From Patescibacteria group bacterium (lineage in GTDB: Bacteria > Patescibacteriota > Patescibacteriia > UBA2591 > UBA6264), in contig JAQTOB010000003.1 of the NCBI GenBank assembly GCA_028713575.1, positions 1,951-65,950 of the forward strand: a DNA stretch of 64,000 nucleotides, in the 5' to 3' direction. The position numbers and the translations under genes are program-made. This document shows positions 27,504 to 38,411 of the stretch, one piece after another (within the stretch, counting starts at the first letter, position 1; every line of letters starts with the position of its first letter). The notes under the pieces were generated by a model. That model was not told where the DNA came from and ran no database searches. It saw only the letters and a list, made by a program, of their open reading frames with translations.

Positions 27504-28570
27504 TTTAGATAAAGCCCTTTATTCCAATTATGCTCAGTAATGGTTCGGCTAAAAATCATTTTACCTTCAGGCGTAGAAAGAAAACAACAATAATCATTTT
27601 CTAATGGTTCTACGGCCGCTTGGATAGAGGCGAGTCCGGGGTTATTAATCGGCCCCGGAGGCAAACCTGGATGAAGATAAGTGTTATAGGGAGAAGATAT
27701 TCTTGTGTCCTCGTAGCTTAATCTTTCTTTAGGAGAACCAAGAATATAATTAATTGTGGCACAGGACTCTAATGCCCAGCCTTCTCTAAGTCGACGCCAA
27801 AAAATGTCACTAACTAAACGACGGTCCTGTTCTAAAGCGGCTTCTTTTTCAATCAAAGAGGCCATAATCATTACTTCATGAATGGTTTTCCCCTTTTCCT
27901 TAATTTTTTTTCTAATTTCGGTGTTTAATTTTTGATTAAAATTATCCAACATTTTTTCTATTATTATTTGAGAGGTCGTTTCTTGATAAAAACGATAAGT
28001 GTCTGGAAACAGATATCCTTGCAATATGGCCTTTTCGTCGTATTCGCCATAATCTATGCCATTTAAAAATTCATACTTAACAAACAAGGCGTTATCTCGG
28101 CTAATTTCCATTAATGTGGCAAAAAAATCATCTTTTATCAGCCCTTCTTTTTCTAAAATATATTTTAATTCCATATTTGTTCCGCCCTCAATAATCGTAA
28201 CTGTCTTCTCTGGCGCCAAGGGTGAATTAGTTAAGGTTTTAATTAAATCTCTTAAACTAAGGTTTGTGTTTAAATAATATTCTCCCGGCCAAAAATCATT
28301 TTTAGCCTGAGTTAAAATGGCGTAAATTTTAAAAAATAAAGCGTTCTTTACCAAACCCTGTTCTTTTAATTTTTCCCCTATCTCTCTAATGCCCTCTCCT
28401 TTTTCAATGGTTAGAGATTTTACTTCTTGGCCAAATTCTTCTGTTTCTTGTTGCTCCTGTTCAAAATTAAAAACCGGCATTTCTAAATGGTCTTTTTGAA
28501 ATAAAAAATGCAATAAAATTACAACAAAAACAAAAAATAAATATCCTAAAATAATTCCTTTTTTAGACAT
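27500..28570 (-). CDS. mltG: endolytic murein transglycosylase MltG (YceG family)
   Basis: N-terminal TM. YceG-like domain pattern. 356 aa. Confidence 0.6.
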   Translation of the reverse strand: MSKKGIILGYLFFVFVVILLHFLFQKDHLEMPVFNFEQEQQETEEFGQEVKSLTIEKGEGIREIGEKLKEQGLVKNALFFKIYAILTQAKNDFWPGEYYLNTNLSLRDLIKTLTNSPLAPEKTVTIIEGGTNMELKYILEKEGLIKDDFFATLMEISRDNALFVKYEFLNGIDYGEYDEKAILQGYLFPDTYRFYQETTSQIIIEKMLDNFNQKLNTEIRKKIKEKGKTIHEVMIMASLIEKEAALEQDRRLVSDIFWRRLREGWALESCATINYILGSPKERLSYEDTRISSPYNTYLHPGLPPGPINNPGLASIQAAVEPLENDYCCFLSTPEGKMIFSRTITEHNWNKGLYLK

Positions 28571-28681
28571 AATTCCTTTTAAAAATTAAAATAACTTAAT
28601 TCTTTCAAAATCCCGATTAGAAATTATGTTAACATAGAATCTCTAACGGGATAAATTTGATTAAATTTTAAGTCCTAAATT

Positions 28682-28867
28682 TTAAATTTTGGAAATGTTA
28701 AATTTTCTATATAATTCTTGAAATAATTTTTTTTGCGTGTTATAATCCAAAGATTCTCGGCGAAGACGAGCTTTTTCTTGACGAATGTATTTTCTAAGAC
28801 CCTTGGAAAATCTCTTGGACATAAATTTATTACTAACATTAATATCATAACTAGATTTTAGAAACAA
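28682..28867 (-). CDS. small basic protein (hypothetical)
   Basis: Lys/Arg-rich 61-aa ORF. Confidence 0.25.
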   Translation of the reverse strand: MFLKSSYDINVSNKFMSKRFSKGLRKYIRQEKARLRRESLDYNTQKKLFQELYRKFNISKI

Positions 28868-28929
28868 AACAAGCCCTAAGATTATCCTGCGGAATTTGTA
28901 ATTTTAATAAATTAAAGTATAATAAAAAT

Positions 28930-29871
28930 ATGATTTACGACTTAGTTATTATTGGGGCCGGGCCCGCCGGTCTGACCGCTTCAATTTATGCCTCTCGTTA
29001 TGGTTTAAAAAATCTAATTATTGGTCGCACCCCTGGCGGCACTGCTACTGAAGCTTATCGGGTAGAAAATTATCCGGGCTGTTCGGCAATGACCGGGAAT
29101 GAATTGATGAGAAAGGTTCTTTCCCAGGCAAAAGAATATCAAGCAGAACTAATTAACGCCGAGGTAAAGGAAGTCAAAAAAGAAAAAAATTTTTTCACCG
29201 TCAAAACCGACACCCGTCGTTCCTTTAGGGCGAAAACTATTGTTCTTGCCATGGGATTGCGTCGCCGAACCCTTGGTGTTCCAGGAGAAAAAGAATTTTT
29301 TAACCGAGGCGTCGCTTATTGCCCTACCTGCGATGGGCCTCTTTTCAAAGATAAGGTTGTGGCCGTAGTTGGCGGCGGAGACAGCGCCCTGACTTCTTGT
29401 TTGTTTCTTTCAAAAATAGCCAAAAAAGTTTATCTCATTCACTGTCTGCAATATTTTGAGGGGCAAAAAATTTGGCAAGAAAAAATCAATCAAGAAAAAA
29501 AAATCGTCAAAATTTTCCCCCGAAGAATAGAAGAAATACATGGCCAACGATTTCTGACTCACGTTATCTTAAATAAACAATATAAAAACAAAAAAAGACT
29601 AAACCTTGATGGCCTTTTTATTGAAATTGGGTCTCTGCCGGCGGAACAAGAAACAAAATTTATTTTGGGTTTAAAAATAAAAAGGGATCGCTCTGGATAT
29701 GTAATAATTAATGACTCGGGACAAACAAACGTTTCTGGTTTGTTCGCGGCCGGCGACCTTACCGCTCCAGCTAATAAATTAAGGCAAATCATTACCGCTT
29801 CGGCTGAAGGAGCCATCGCTGCCAAGGGGGTTCAAGATTTTTTGGCCAAAAACCGACTTAAAACAAGTTGA
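28930..29871 (+). CDS. trxB: thioredoxin-disulfide reductase
   Basis: VIIGAGPAGLTASIYASRYG (FAD site). CPTCDG redox-active CxxC. 313 aa. Confidence 0.8.
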   Translation: MIYDLVIIGAGPAGLTASIYASRYGLKNLIIGRTPGGTATEAYRVENYPGCSAMTGNELMRKVLSQAKEYQAELINAEVKEVKKEKNFFTVKTDTRRSFRAKTIVLAMGLRRRTLGVPGEKEFFNRGVAYCPTCDGPLFKDKVVAVVGGGDSALTSCLFLSKIAKKVYLIHCLQYFEGQKIWQEKINQEKKIVKIFPRRIEEIHGQRFLTHVILNKQYKNKKRLNLDGLFIEIGSLPAEQETKFILGLKIKRDRSGYVIINDSGQTNVSGLFAAGDLTAPANKLRQIITASAEGAIAAKGVQDFLAKNRLKTS

Positions 29872-30272
29872 TAAAGCAAAAGGGTTACGGCGGAAAAAAT
29901 CATTATATCTGCGATATTTATAACAACAAAAAAGAAATCAAGATAATCTATTACCGCCCCATATTTAAATCTATCTAATAAATTACTAAAGGCGCCGACT
30001 AAAATGGCGGTCCAAGAGAAAACTTCAAAAGTTTTCCCTTTTTCATAGGCCTGATTAAGTTTAATTATTATTATAAAAATAATAATAATTAATAAAAAAT
30101 AAAATAAAAAACCCCTTAAAGGAATACTTAAAGCGATGTTAATGTTAGGAAAATAAAAAAATTTAAAAAACGCGGTTTTTGAAACGAATCCCCTTAATGC
30201 TATTTCTTTTAGTGTCCGGTCAAAAATAAAAAAGGCCAAAATTACAGTATTAAGCCAAAAAAATTTTTTCAT
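29832..30272 (-). CDS. lspA: lipoprotein signal peptidase II
   Basis: NxGxAFS-like and DRFKYGAVIDYLDF motifs. 146 aa. Confidence 0.6.
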   Translation of the reverse strand: MKKFFWLNTVILAFFIFDRTLKEIALRGFVSKTAFFKFFYFPNINIALSIPLRGFLFYFLLIIIIFIIIIKLNQAYEKGKTFEVFSWTAILVGAFSNLLDRFKYGAVIDYLDFFFVVINIADIMIFSAVTLLLYQLVLSRFLAKKS

Positions 30273-30292
30273 TAATTATTAATTAAGTGTTT

Positions 30293-30646
30293 TTATTTTT
30301 TATCTTCTTTGCAATTCAAACAATAACGAGCGGTCGGCAATATTTTTAATCTTTCTTTGCTAATTTTTTTCCCACAAGTTTCACAAAAACCATATTTACC
30401 TGAATTAATTTTTTTTAGAGCTAAATCTATCTCATCAAGAGATTTTTTTAGGTTTTCTCCCATGGAAATGCCGTCAATAAAAGCCGCCACCTCCTCAGCG
30501 TTTTCGTCTTCCGCTCTGCCATATTGAGGAAAAACTGCGTTATAATTATTTTCTCCTCGGCCACTTTTTTTGGCCACTTGTTCAAGGCTACTTTTAATCT
30601 TTTTTCGCCTTTCTTGTAAAACTTCTTTAATTGAGTTTTTAAACAT
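30293..30646 (-). CDS. DksA/TraR-family C4 zinc-finger protein
   Basis: CETCGKKI...CLNC (C4 finger at the C-terminus). Confidence 0.5.
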   Translation of the reverse strand: MFKNSIKEVLQERRKKIKSSLEQVAKKSGRGENNYNAVFPQYGRAEDENAEEVAAFIDGISMGENLKKSLDEIDLALKKINSGKYGFCETCGKKISKERLKILPTARYCLNCKEDKK

Positions 30647-30753
30647 AAAAATTTTTTAAGAGAAAAAGGCTTAAGCCCTTATTATTTATTAAACATATAA
30701 TCATTTTAGTATATAGATTAAAAAATAATTAACAAGTGATTTATCCACAATTT

Positions 30754-31899
30754 TTAAATTATCCTTAATATTCCTTTGATTAATTCCCGTGTTTCTATAA
30801 CAGTTAAATCTCTTGCTCCTTTGTTGTTTATAAAATAATAAAATCCATTAACCACTTCATCTTGTTTAAAAACTCCCGTTAGGCCATTAACCGTTTTAAA
30901 TAAATGAGGTCCATTAGAAAGATAAAAATAATTTTGGTCTTGGTATAAAAAAATTTCTTCAAAATCTTGTTGAAACGTTAATTGCTTTATTTCAAGTCCA
31001 TCTGTCGTCTTGTTTATAAATTCATAAACATTGGGGTCTATTATTTGTTCAACGTAACTCGTTCCATCTGGCAAAAAAACCGTTTTTTCAACCGGATTTT
31101 TAACGGCCATTCCTGTTTTTATTTTATTTTCAAAGCTTTCCATTGTTTCTCTTTTTAAATAAATTAAAACGTATTCTTGGTTGGTTCTGTTCTCTGTTTT
31201 TGGCCAATTTAAAAAAATATTGGAAATATCTTTTTGGTTATCAATTTTTAAATTAAAAAACAAACTATTCAGCCCCAGAAAAGAAAAACAATTTATTTTG
31301 ACTTTTGTTTCTAGACAATTGTTTAGATTTGTTTTTTCGGGATAAAAATGACCCTTAATCCAGAAGGGCGTCGTATCTAAAGAAAAAGAAAATTTTTCTT
31401 TAAAAGAATTTTTATAAAAAATGTCCTGTTGAAAAATATTTTCCAACGAAACCATCCAAACCCGCCTATTTATCTTTTTAACCGCAAACTCCTTTATTTG
31501 TTTGTCAATTAAAGAAGGGTCTGTCCATTGTTTTATTTTTAAAAGAAAAACTAAATTAAACTCCTTATTATCGTTCCCTCCGCCTTCTTTCTTAAAACCA
31601 ATCAAACCAACTTCGTCTAAATGTTCTTTATTTTCCAAAATCCTTCTTATTAATAAAGAATTTTCGTTTGTTGTCAATAATCCTTCTAAAAAAATATTTG
31701 TTTTAGTGTTCTTAAGCCAATCATTTCCGATTTTGCCCGCACGACGAATACTATTTAAATCAAAATGTAAATAAAAATCCTCCTGCCCAGAAACAAGTCC
31801 CATTAAGCTGTCTGGATGCCAAAAAAAACGAATAAAAACAAGAAAAAAAAGGGCCAAAAAAAATAAAAGAAAAATTGTTGTTTTTTTAACAAAAGACAT
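30754..31899 (-). CDS. hypothetical membrane-anchored protein
   Basis: ORF with N-terminal TM. Confidence 0.3.
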   Translation of the reverse strand: MSFVKKTTIFLLFFLALFFLVFIRFFWHPDSLMGLVSGQEDFYLHFDLNSIRRAGKIGNDWLKNTKTNIFLEGLLTTNENSLLIRRILENKEHLDEVGLIGFKKEGGGNDNKEFNLVFLLKIKQWTDPSLIDKQIKEFAVKKINRRVWMVSLENIFQQDIFYKNSFKEKFSFSLDTTPFWIKGHFYPEKTNLNNCLETKVKINCFSFLGLNSLFFNLKIDNQKDISNIFLNWPKTENRTNQEYVLIYLKRETMESFENKIKTGMAVKNPVEKTVFLPDGTSYVEQIIDPNVYEFINKTTDGLEIKQLTFQQDFEEIFLYQDQNYFYLSNGPHLFKTVNGLTGVFKQDEVVNGFYYFINNKGARDLTVIETRELIKGILRII

Positions 31900-31963
31900 A
31901 AAGGCATAATAGAAAAAATAAAAAACCTTGTCAATCTTTTTAAAATCGTTATAATAATGCCAT

Positions 31964-33040
31964 ATGAAAAACTTAACAAATAAAAAAGATTATCTTCAAT
32001 TGGTAAAATCCTTTCCTCGCCTTGGAGATTTAATTGAGGGAACTGTTATTGAAATAGGTCGAAATGAAATTTATTTAGATATTAATGGCTTAACCACGGG
32101 TATTGTTCGGGGACCTGAGCTTTTTGATGAATCGGGAGAATTTTCTAACCTTAAAAAGGGAGATAAAGTTTTTGCTACTGTGATTGATTTGGAAAATGAA
32201 AAGGGATTAATTGATCTTTCTTTTCGGCAAGCCAGCCATAAAAAGGCTTGGAATAATTTAGAAGAAATCAGTAAAAATAAAAACCTCTTATCAGTTAAGA
32301 TAACCGAAGCAAATAAAGGAGGATTGATTGTTTATGCTGGCAAAATTCAAGGATTTTTGCCCGTTTCTCAATTAAAACCAGATCATTATCCGCGCGTGGA
32401 AGAAGGAAATAAAAATAGAATTTTAGAAAAATTAAAAGAATTTGTTGGGCAAGAGATGAAGGTTAAAATAATCACTATTGACGAAAAAACCGGCAAATTA
32501 ATTGTTTCAGAGAAAGAAACCTCAACCACAGAAAAAAAACTCGCCAGCAAATATAAAATAGGCGATGTAGTGGAAGGAAAAATTAGCGGATTGGTTGATT
32601 TTGGCGCTTTTATAACCTTTGGCAAAGACCAAGAAGGATTGGTTCATATTTCCGAATTAGCCTGGCAAAGAATTGACCATCCTCAAGATGTAGTAAAAAT
32701 TGGAGATAAAATAAAGGCAGAAATTATCGGTATTACCGACGATGGAAAAATTTCTCTTTCCATTAGAAGACTGTTAAAAGACCCATGGAAAACGGTTAAA
32801 GAAAAATATAAAATAGGGCAAATAATTGATGGAAAAGTTTTAAAAATAAATCCCTTTGGCCTTTTTGTGGAGATTGACCCCGACATTCACGGGTTAGCTC
32901 ACATCTCTGAACTCTCAGACAAACCGATTAAAGACGCTTCTTGTGTTGCCCAAATGGGGGAAACACTAAAATTTAAAATTGTTTCTATTGAGCCAGACGA
33001 CCATCGCCTGGGTCTTTCTTTAATTAAAAAAAATAAATGA
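31964..33040 (+). CDS. rpsA: 30S ribosomal protein S1 (four S1 domains)
   Basis: Repeated S1-domain blocks (GxV.G.V...G.F). Confidence 0.75.
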   Translation: MKNLTNKKDYLQLVKSFPRLGDLIEGTVIEIGRNEIYLDINGLTTGIVRGPELFDESGEFSNLKKGDKVFATVIDLENEKGLIDLSFRQASHKKAWNNLEEISKNKNLLSVKITEANKGGLIVYAGKIQGFLPVSQLKPDHYPRVEEGNKNRILEKLKEFVGQEMKVKIITIDEKTGKLIVSEKETSTTEKKLASKYKIGDVVEGKISGLVDFGAFITFGKDQEGLVHISELAWQRIDHPQDVVKIGDKIKAEIIGITDDGKISLSIRRLLKDPWKTVKEKYKIGQIIDGKVLKINPFGLFVEIDPDIHGLAHISELSDKPIKDASCVAQMGETLKFKIVSIEPDDHRLGLSLIKKNK

Positions 33041-34857
33041 AATCTTTTTTAAAAAATTTCCTTATTTTTTTAATTGTTTTCTTGATTATTTCTGGACTTT
33101 TTAGTCTGCTTAATTCTGGGGAAGGTGGCACCCAACAAATTAGCTTGAATAATTTAGTTGAAAAAATAAAAGCCAAAGAAATTCAAGAAATTTTAATTGA
33201 AAAAGACCGTTTAAACATTATTTCTTTTGACCAAAAACGTTATTTTACTTTTAAAGAAGAAAATGAATCCCTGATTAGCGTTTTAACCGATTATGGCGTC
33301 TCGGCTGAAGACCTCTCTTTAATCTCTATTAGTGTTGAAAACACAAAAGGACGAGAAACTTTTTTTAATGTTATTCTTCCTGTTCTTTTTCCTTTATTTT
33401 TATTGATTATTATCATTTTCTTTTTTTCCAAACAAGTCCGCGGCGCCGGGATGCAGGCTTTCAAATTTGGAGAAAGTCAAGCAAGAAAAATAAATCCCCA
33501 AGATAAAAGAGTTAAAACCACTTTTCAGGATGTGGCTGGAATAAGAGAAGCAAAAGACGATTTATCTGAAATTGTTGATTTTCTTAAAAATCCAAAAAAA
33601 TACATTAAATTGGGGGCAAAAATACCAAAAGGCGTTTTGTTAATTGGACTTCCGGGTTGCGGGAAAACCCTTTTGGCCAGGGCGGTTGCAGGAGAAGCTG
33701 GTGTCCCATTTTTTCATATTTCTGGGTCAGAATTTATTGAACTTTTTGTTGGAGTTGGCGCCTCTCGGGTAAGAGATCTTTTTTCTAAAGCTAAAAAAAA
33801 CCTTCCCGCCATTGTTTTTATTGATGAATTAGACGCTGTTGGTCGTCAACGTGGAGCCGGGTTGGGCGGATCACACGATGAAAGAGAACAAACCCTAAAT
33901 CAAATTCTCGTTGAATTAGATGGTTTTGAACCTAATATTGGCCTGATTGTTTTAGCCGCAACCAATCGACCGGACATTTTAGACCCCGCACTTCTGCGAC
34001 CCGGCAGATTTGACCGGAAAGTTATTCTTGATTTACCAGACCTAAAAGACCGCGAGGCTATTCTTAAAATTCACGCCAAAGGAAAACCCTTGTCAAAAGA
34101 AATTAATCTTCAAAAAGTTGCAGAAAGAACGCCTGGTTTTACCGGGGCGGACCTAGAAAGCCTTTTGAATGAAGCTTCTATCTTAGCGGCAAAAAGAAAT
34201 AAAAATAATATTGGCCAATTTGAAATTTTTGAAAGCATAGAAAGAGTTCTTTTAGGGCCTGAAAGAAAAAGCCATGTTCTTTCGGAAAAAGAAAAAGAAA
34301 TAGTGGCTTATCATGAGGCCGGACACGCTATTATTAGCTATTTATTGCCGGGATGCGACCCTGTACAAAAAATCTCTATAATTTCTCGCGGCCAAGCCGC
34401 TGGCTATACTTTAATTATGCCGGAGAAGGAAAAATCCCTTAAAACAAAATCTGAGTTTTTAGATAATCTTAGCGCTTTATTGGGAGGGTATGTAGCGGAA
34501 GAAAAATTTTTTGGAGAAGTAACAACCGGGGCGGCCAATGACCTTCGTCGGGTTACTCAATTAACCCGCAAATTAATAACCGAATATGGAATGAGTGAAA
34601 CGTTTGGTCCGCGAACTTTCGGAGAAAAAGAGGAGCTGGTCTTTCTTGGTCGAGAAATTTCTGAACGAAGAGATTATTCTGAAGAATTCGCCAAAATGAT
34701 AGATAAAGAGGTTTCTTCTTTTATTAAATTATGCCATAAGAGGGCCTCAGATTTATTAGAAAAAAATAAAAATAAATTAAAAACCTTAGCCATTTTTTTA
34801 CTAAAAAACGAAACAATTGAAAGGGAACAATTTGTTAAAATAATGAAGAAAAAATGA
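33037..34857 (+). CDS. ftsH: ATP-dependent zinc metalloprotease FtsH
   Basis: Walker [12 protein letters not shown] region. HEAGHAI zinc site. Confidence 0.9.
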   Translation: MKSFLKNFLIFLIVFLIISGLFSLLNSGEGGTQQISLNNLVEKIKAKEIQEILIEKDRLNIISFDQKRYFTFKEENESLISVLTDYGVSAEDLSLISISVENTKGRETFFNVILPVLFPLFLLIIIIFFFSKQVRGAGMQAFKFGESQARKINPQDKRVKTTFQDVAGIREAKDDLSEIVDFLKNPKKYIKLGAKIPKGVLLIGLPGCGKTLLARAVAGEAGVPFFHISGSEFIELFVGVGASRVRDLFSKAKKNLPAIVFIDELDAVGRQRGAGLGGSHDEREQTLNQILVELDGFEPNIGLIVLAATNRPDILDPALLRPGRFDRKVILDLPDLKDREAILKIHAKGKPLSKEINLQKVAERTPGFTGADLESLLNEASILAAKRNKNNIGQFEIFESIERVLLGPERKSHVLSEKEKEIVAYHEAGHAIISYLLPGCDPVQKISIISRGQAAGYTLIMPEKEKSLKTKSEFLDNLSALLGGYVAEEKFFGEVTTGAANDLRRVTQLTRKLITEYGMSETFGPRTFGEKEELVFLGREISERRDYSEEFAKMIDKEVSSFIKLCHKRASDLLEKNKNKLKTLAIFLLKNETIEREQFVKIMKKK

Positions 34858-35768
34858 AAACAATAAATATAAGGTCTTTGTTTAAAGAAAACTTAAATTT
34901 TATCTGGGCAAATCCTATTCTTTGGGTATGGGGATTTTTTGCTGCCCCTCTTTTAAATAATGAAATTATTTTATTAACCAAAAATTATAAAAAAATAATT
35001 GATTGGATAAATCAATCAATCGCCTTTAAATTAATCAATTCTTCCCTTGGGGGCATTTTTGAATCATTGTCGTTTTTAAATTTTTTAAATTCCAATATTT
35101 CATTTATAATCCTTATAGTTTTAATTACTGTTTTATTATTCTTCCTCTCTTTTCTCTCTCAAATTGCCCTTATTTTGTCGGTAAAAAATAGACAAAATCT
35201 ATTATTCAAAAAAACATGGAAGCAGGGAAAATCTTTTATTTGGCCAGTAATTGGCGTTTATTTGTTAGTTTTTATTATTACTTATGGATTTTTGTTTTTA
35301 TTAAGCATCCCTTTATTATTTAATCATTTATTAATAATTATTCCTGTTGTTATTTTTTTACTCTTGGGGGTTATTCTTTCTTTTATTTCAAGATATGTTT
35401 TATTTTTTATTATTCTTGAAAATAATCGTTTTTTAAAATCCATAAAAAACGGTTTCTCTTTTTTCATTAAAAACTGGGGGACAACAATAAAAACGTCTTT
35501 TTGTATCTTTTTAATAATGTTCTTAATCGGCTTAATAATATTATTAATTTCTATTGGTGCGGCAATTCCTTTTGTTATTATAATTGACCTTGTTTTAAAA
35601 TTAAATTTAATGTTTCTTTTTTGGTTGATTTCTATAATTTTTATTTTATTAATTATTGTTTTTGTTTTATTTTTAAGTTCTACTTTCTCCGCTTGGCAAA
35701 CCGCTGTTTGGAGTTCTTTATTTTTAAAATTATCTAATAAACCTTCCTTAAGCCTAAATAAGGAATAA
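34854..35768 (+). CDS. polytopic membrane protein (hypothetical)
   Basis: Multiple TM helices. Confidence 0.3.
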   Translation: MKTINIRSLFKENLNFIWANPILWVWGFFAAPLLNNEIILLTKNYKKIIDWINQSIAFKLINSSLGGIFESLSFLNFLNSNISFIILIVLITVLLFFLSFLSQIALILSVKNRQNLLFKKTWKQGKSFIWPVIGVYLLVFIITYGFLFLLSIPLLFNHLLIIIPVVIFLLLGVILSFISRYVLFFIILENNRFLKSIKNGFSFFIKNWGTTIKTSFCIFLIMFLIGLIILLISIGAAIPFVIIIDLVLKLNLMFLFWLISIIFILLIIVFVLFLSSTFSAWQTAVWSSLFLKLSNKPSLSLNKE

Positions 35769-35969
35769 TGAGTGGATAAATTGTTAATGAAAAGATTTCT
35801 TTAAATAAATTAAGGTTTAATCCACTTTTTATTAATCTGTTTTCCTATTTTTATTTATTCTTTTCTTTTCTTAATAAGCCCTTAATAAACGCATTTTTAT
35901 TTTATTAAATAAATATCCCCTTCTCTATTATTATAAAAAGTATATAATATTATATATTATATAATAAGT

Positions 35970-37088
35970 ATGAAATTTTCCTGCCTTCAAGAAAATATAT
36001 CACAAGGATTGAATATTTGTTCTCATTTAGTTAGTTCTAATCGGGTAAGTTTGCCTATTTTGAATAACATTTTATTAACCACCCAAAAAGGTTATTTAAA
36101 ATTAAGTGTTACTAATTTAGAAACAGCGATTGAAACAAAAATTAGGGCAAAAATAGAAAAAGAAGGACAAATAACAATTCCTTCTCAAATTTTAAATAAT
36201 TATATAGAATTACTTCCTAATGAGGTCTTAAATTTTGAATTAATAAAAAAAGAGTTAATTATAAAAAGTAAAAAACAAACAGCAAAAATAAAAGGAATAT
36301 CTGCTGAAGAGTTTCCAATTATTCCTCAAATTGAAACAAAGGAAAAATTTACAATCAATAGTGATATTTTAAAGAATGTTTTAGAAAAAACTCTTTTTGC
36401 AATCTCATCTTCAGAAATAAGAATTGAATTAAGTGGAGCCTTATTTTCTTTTAATGACCCAGATTTAAATAAATTAAGCATAGTTGGGACTGATAGTTAC
36501 CGCTTAACAGAGAAACAAGTAGATTTAAAAAAAATAAGCTTCAAAAATAATAAAAAAATTATTATTCCAATAAAAACCCTTCAAGAAGTTTTAAGGATTA
36601 TTAAAAATAAAGACGAAGTAGAAATTTGTTTATCAGAGAATCAAATATTATTTATTTATCAAAATACAGAATTAATTTCTCGTATTATTGATGGGGAATA
36701 TCCCGACTATAAACAAACTATTCCAGAAATAATTAAAACAAATGTGATTGTTAAAAAAGACGAATTTTTAAGAATAATTAAAACAACAGGATTTTTTACA
36801 AAAATAGGAATTAATGACGTAAGCTTAAAATTTATTAGTAAGGAAAATAAAATAATAATATCATCTCTTAATAATCAAATAGGAGAAATTAAAGCCACGA
36901 TTTCCGCGGACATAAAAGGAGAAAATAATGAAATTATTTTTAATTATCGTTATTTAATAGATGGCCTAACTAATTTACCGGGAGATGAAATAAAAGTGGA
37001 AATAGTTAACGATGATACTCCGGCAGTAATTCGCTCAGTTTCCGATAAGTCGTATTTATATTTAATTATGCCAATAAAAAATAATTAA
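35970..37088 (+). CDS. dnaN: DNA polymerase III beta subunit (sliding clamp)
   Basis: 372 aa. Typical N-terminus MKF.C....L. Confidence 0.8.
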   Translation: MKFSCLQENISQGLNICSHLVSSNRVSLPILNNILLTTQKGYLKLSVTNLETAIETKIRAKIEKEGQITIPSQILNNYIELLPNEVLNFELIKKELIIKSKKQTAKIKGISAEEFPIIPQIETKEKFTINSDILKNVLEKTLFAISSSEIRIELSGALFSFNDPDLNKLSIVGTDSYRLTEKQVDLKKISFKNNKKIIIPIKTLQEVLRIIKNKDEVEICLSENQILFIYQNTELISRIIDGEYPDYKQTIPEIIKTNVIVKKDEFLRIIKTTGFFTKIGINDVSLKFISKENKIIISSLNNQIGEIKATISADIKGENNEIIFNYRYLIDGLTNLPGDEIKVEIVNDDTPAVIRSVSDKSYLYLIMPIKNN

Positions 37089-37105
37089 TCCCACTTTGAG
37101 GGAAG

Positions 37106-37399
37106 GTGGAAAAAGAGGTTTTTATGAATAAAAAAGAGTTAATTGAAAAATTAACCAAAGAAGCAAAGGCCTGTTCAATGGCAGAAGCCGGACGTTGTTT
37201 GGATTCTTTTATTAAGATTGTTAAAAACGCCTTAAAGGCGGGCGATAAAGTCGCTATCGCTGGTTTTGGTACATTTTCGGTGAGCAAAAGAGCGGCTCGC
37301 ACCGGCATCAATCCACAAACCAGGGCAAAGATTCAGATTCCAGCGACAAAAGTTCCTAAATTTAAAGCTGGACAAGGATTCAAAAAATCAGTCAAATAG
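37106..37399 (+). CDS. hup: HU-family DNA-binding protein
   Basis: GFGTFSVSKRAARTGINPQT arm motif. Confidence 0.85.
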   Translation: MEKEVFMNKKELIEKLTKEAKACSMAEAGRCLDSFIKIVKNALKAGDKVAIAGFGTFSVSKRAARTGINPQTRAKIQIPATKVPKFKAGQGFKKSVK

Positions 37400-37456
37400 A
37401 TTTTTTTAATAAAAGGCCCCTATTAATATGGGGGCTTTTTATGTTATATTTATTCA

Positions 37457-38221
37457 CTATTTTAAAATTTTTAATGGGTCAATGATTTTTTTAAGGTCTT
37501 CTTCGCTTCCATAACCAGCAACAGCGCCTTGTTCTTTTAAAATATTAAAATGCAGGTGAGCGGGCCAGCCGCCGTTTTCCAGACTAAACGATTTTCCCAC
37601 TTGACCAATAATTTCCCCTTTTTTGATTAAGTCGCCGATAATAGGAGTTTCTCTTGGAGCGGCTAAATGTCCATAAAGAGAATAAAAGATTTTTCCAGCC
37701 AGTTTGTGTTGTATAAGAATCATATTCCCATAACCCCCTTCTCCGCGATAAAGTTTTTGGCCACTTTTTTCAAATAATTCTTGTTCATTTTTTCTAATTA
37801 TTTCCATTCCCGCTATTTTCCCATCTTGTACAGCAAAAACCTCTAACCCACTTTCTACAACGTAATCAATTCCTAAATGAAGATTAGTTTTTTCGTGGCT
37901 AGAAGGTTGTCCGGGCTTTTGATTGTAATATATTCTTTCTTCTCCCGACTTTAAAATAAAACCATTTTTAGCCATTTTTTTAAACTGTTCCGTTTCTACT
38001 GCTGCTGCTAAATCAGTTGTTCTAAATTTTTTTATTAATTCTTCAAAAGGGTAAACTGGCATTTTTTTTGCGTTTTTTAATGGTTCGTCGCAGGTTTTAC
38101 GGAGTAGTTCAATTAATTTTTTGTCATCCCTTGAGGCTTCCGGGTTAACAATACCCTTTTCTTTACTATAAGATTTTTCTATGGGCTTTAAAAAATATTC
38201 AAATGGTCTTTTGAAAAACAT
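37457..38221 (-). CDS. M23 (LytM-family) peptidase
   Basis: HLGIDY ... HLHF zinc-binding motifs. Confidence 0.7.
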   Translation of the reverse strand: MFFKRPFEYFLKPIEKSYSKEKGIVNPEASRDDKKLIELLRKTCDEPLKNAKKMPVYPFEELIKKFRTTDLAAAVETEQFKKMAKNGFILKSGEERIYYNQKPGQPSSHEKTNLHLGIDYVVESGLEVFAVQDGKIAGMEIIRKNEQELFEKSGQKLYRGEGGYGNMILIQHKLAGKIFYSLYGHLAAPRETPIIGDLIKKGEIIGQVGKSFSLENGGWPAHLHFNILKEQGAVAGYGSEEDLKKIIDPLKILK

Positions 38222-38244
38222 AAGCGGATATAATCAGTTTTTTA

Positions 38245-38315
38245 TACCCCCTGGGGGAATCGAACCCACATCAATTGCTTAAGAGGCAACTGCTCTACCA
38301 TTGAGCTAAGGGGGC
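38245..38315 (-). tRNA. tRNA-Lys (anticodon CUU)
   Basis: Manual fold: acceptor GCCCCCT, D arm GCTC/GAGC, anticodon loop CUCUUAA, T loop TTCGATT. One U-C mismatch in the T stem, no encoded CCA. Confidence 0.7.
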
Positions 38316-38358
38316 AGGTTTGTTTTAATGAAGTTCCTCTTGCATAATTGTTTAAGAG

Positions 38359-38411
38359 TCCGTCAGCTGACGGATCCCTGCCTGCCGGCAGGCGCCATTA
38401 AGCTAAGGGGC
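38359..38411. repeat. perfect palindromes TCCGTCAGCTGACGGA and GCCTGCCGGCAGGC, fused to a tRNA-Lys-like 5' fragment
   Basis: Direct reading. The fragment (minus-sense GCCCCTTAGCTTAATGG) matches the first 18 nt of the adjacent tRNA-Lys. An anticodon-loop-like CTCTTAAACAATT also lies nearby. Confidence 0.55.

Noticed and set aside
28630-28645. Recurring motif TCTAACGGG(A/G) at 28633, 45577 and 60262
   Set aside because: Only 9-10 nt shared, in different contexts (one inside the tRNA-like fragment). Could be chance. Not enough to call a regulatory motif.
28682-28867. Small basic ORF considered as ribosomal protein S21
   Set aside because: Lacks the conserved RRFKR / YEKPS / RKRK blocks of bS21. 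Left as hypothetical.
30742-30750. Perfect DnaA box TTATCCACA in the 30.7-kb intergenic region as an oriC marker
   Set aside because: Single isolated box without a cluster or AT-rich DUE. Insufficient for an origin call.
37066-37311. ORF 37066..37311(-)
   Set aside because: Overlaps the well-supported hup (HU) gene on the opposite strand. Low-complexity translation.
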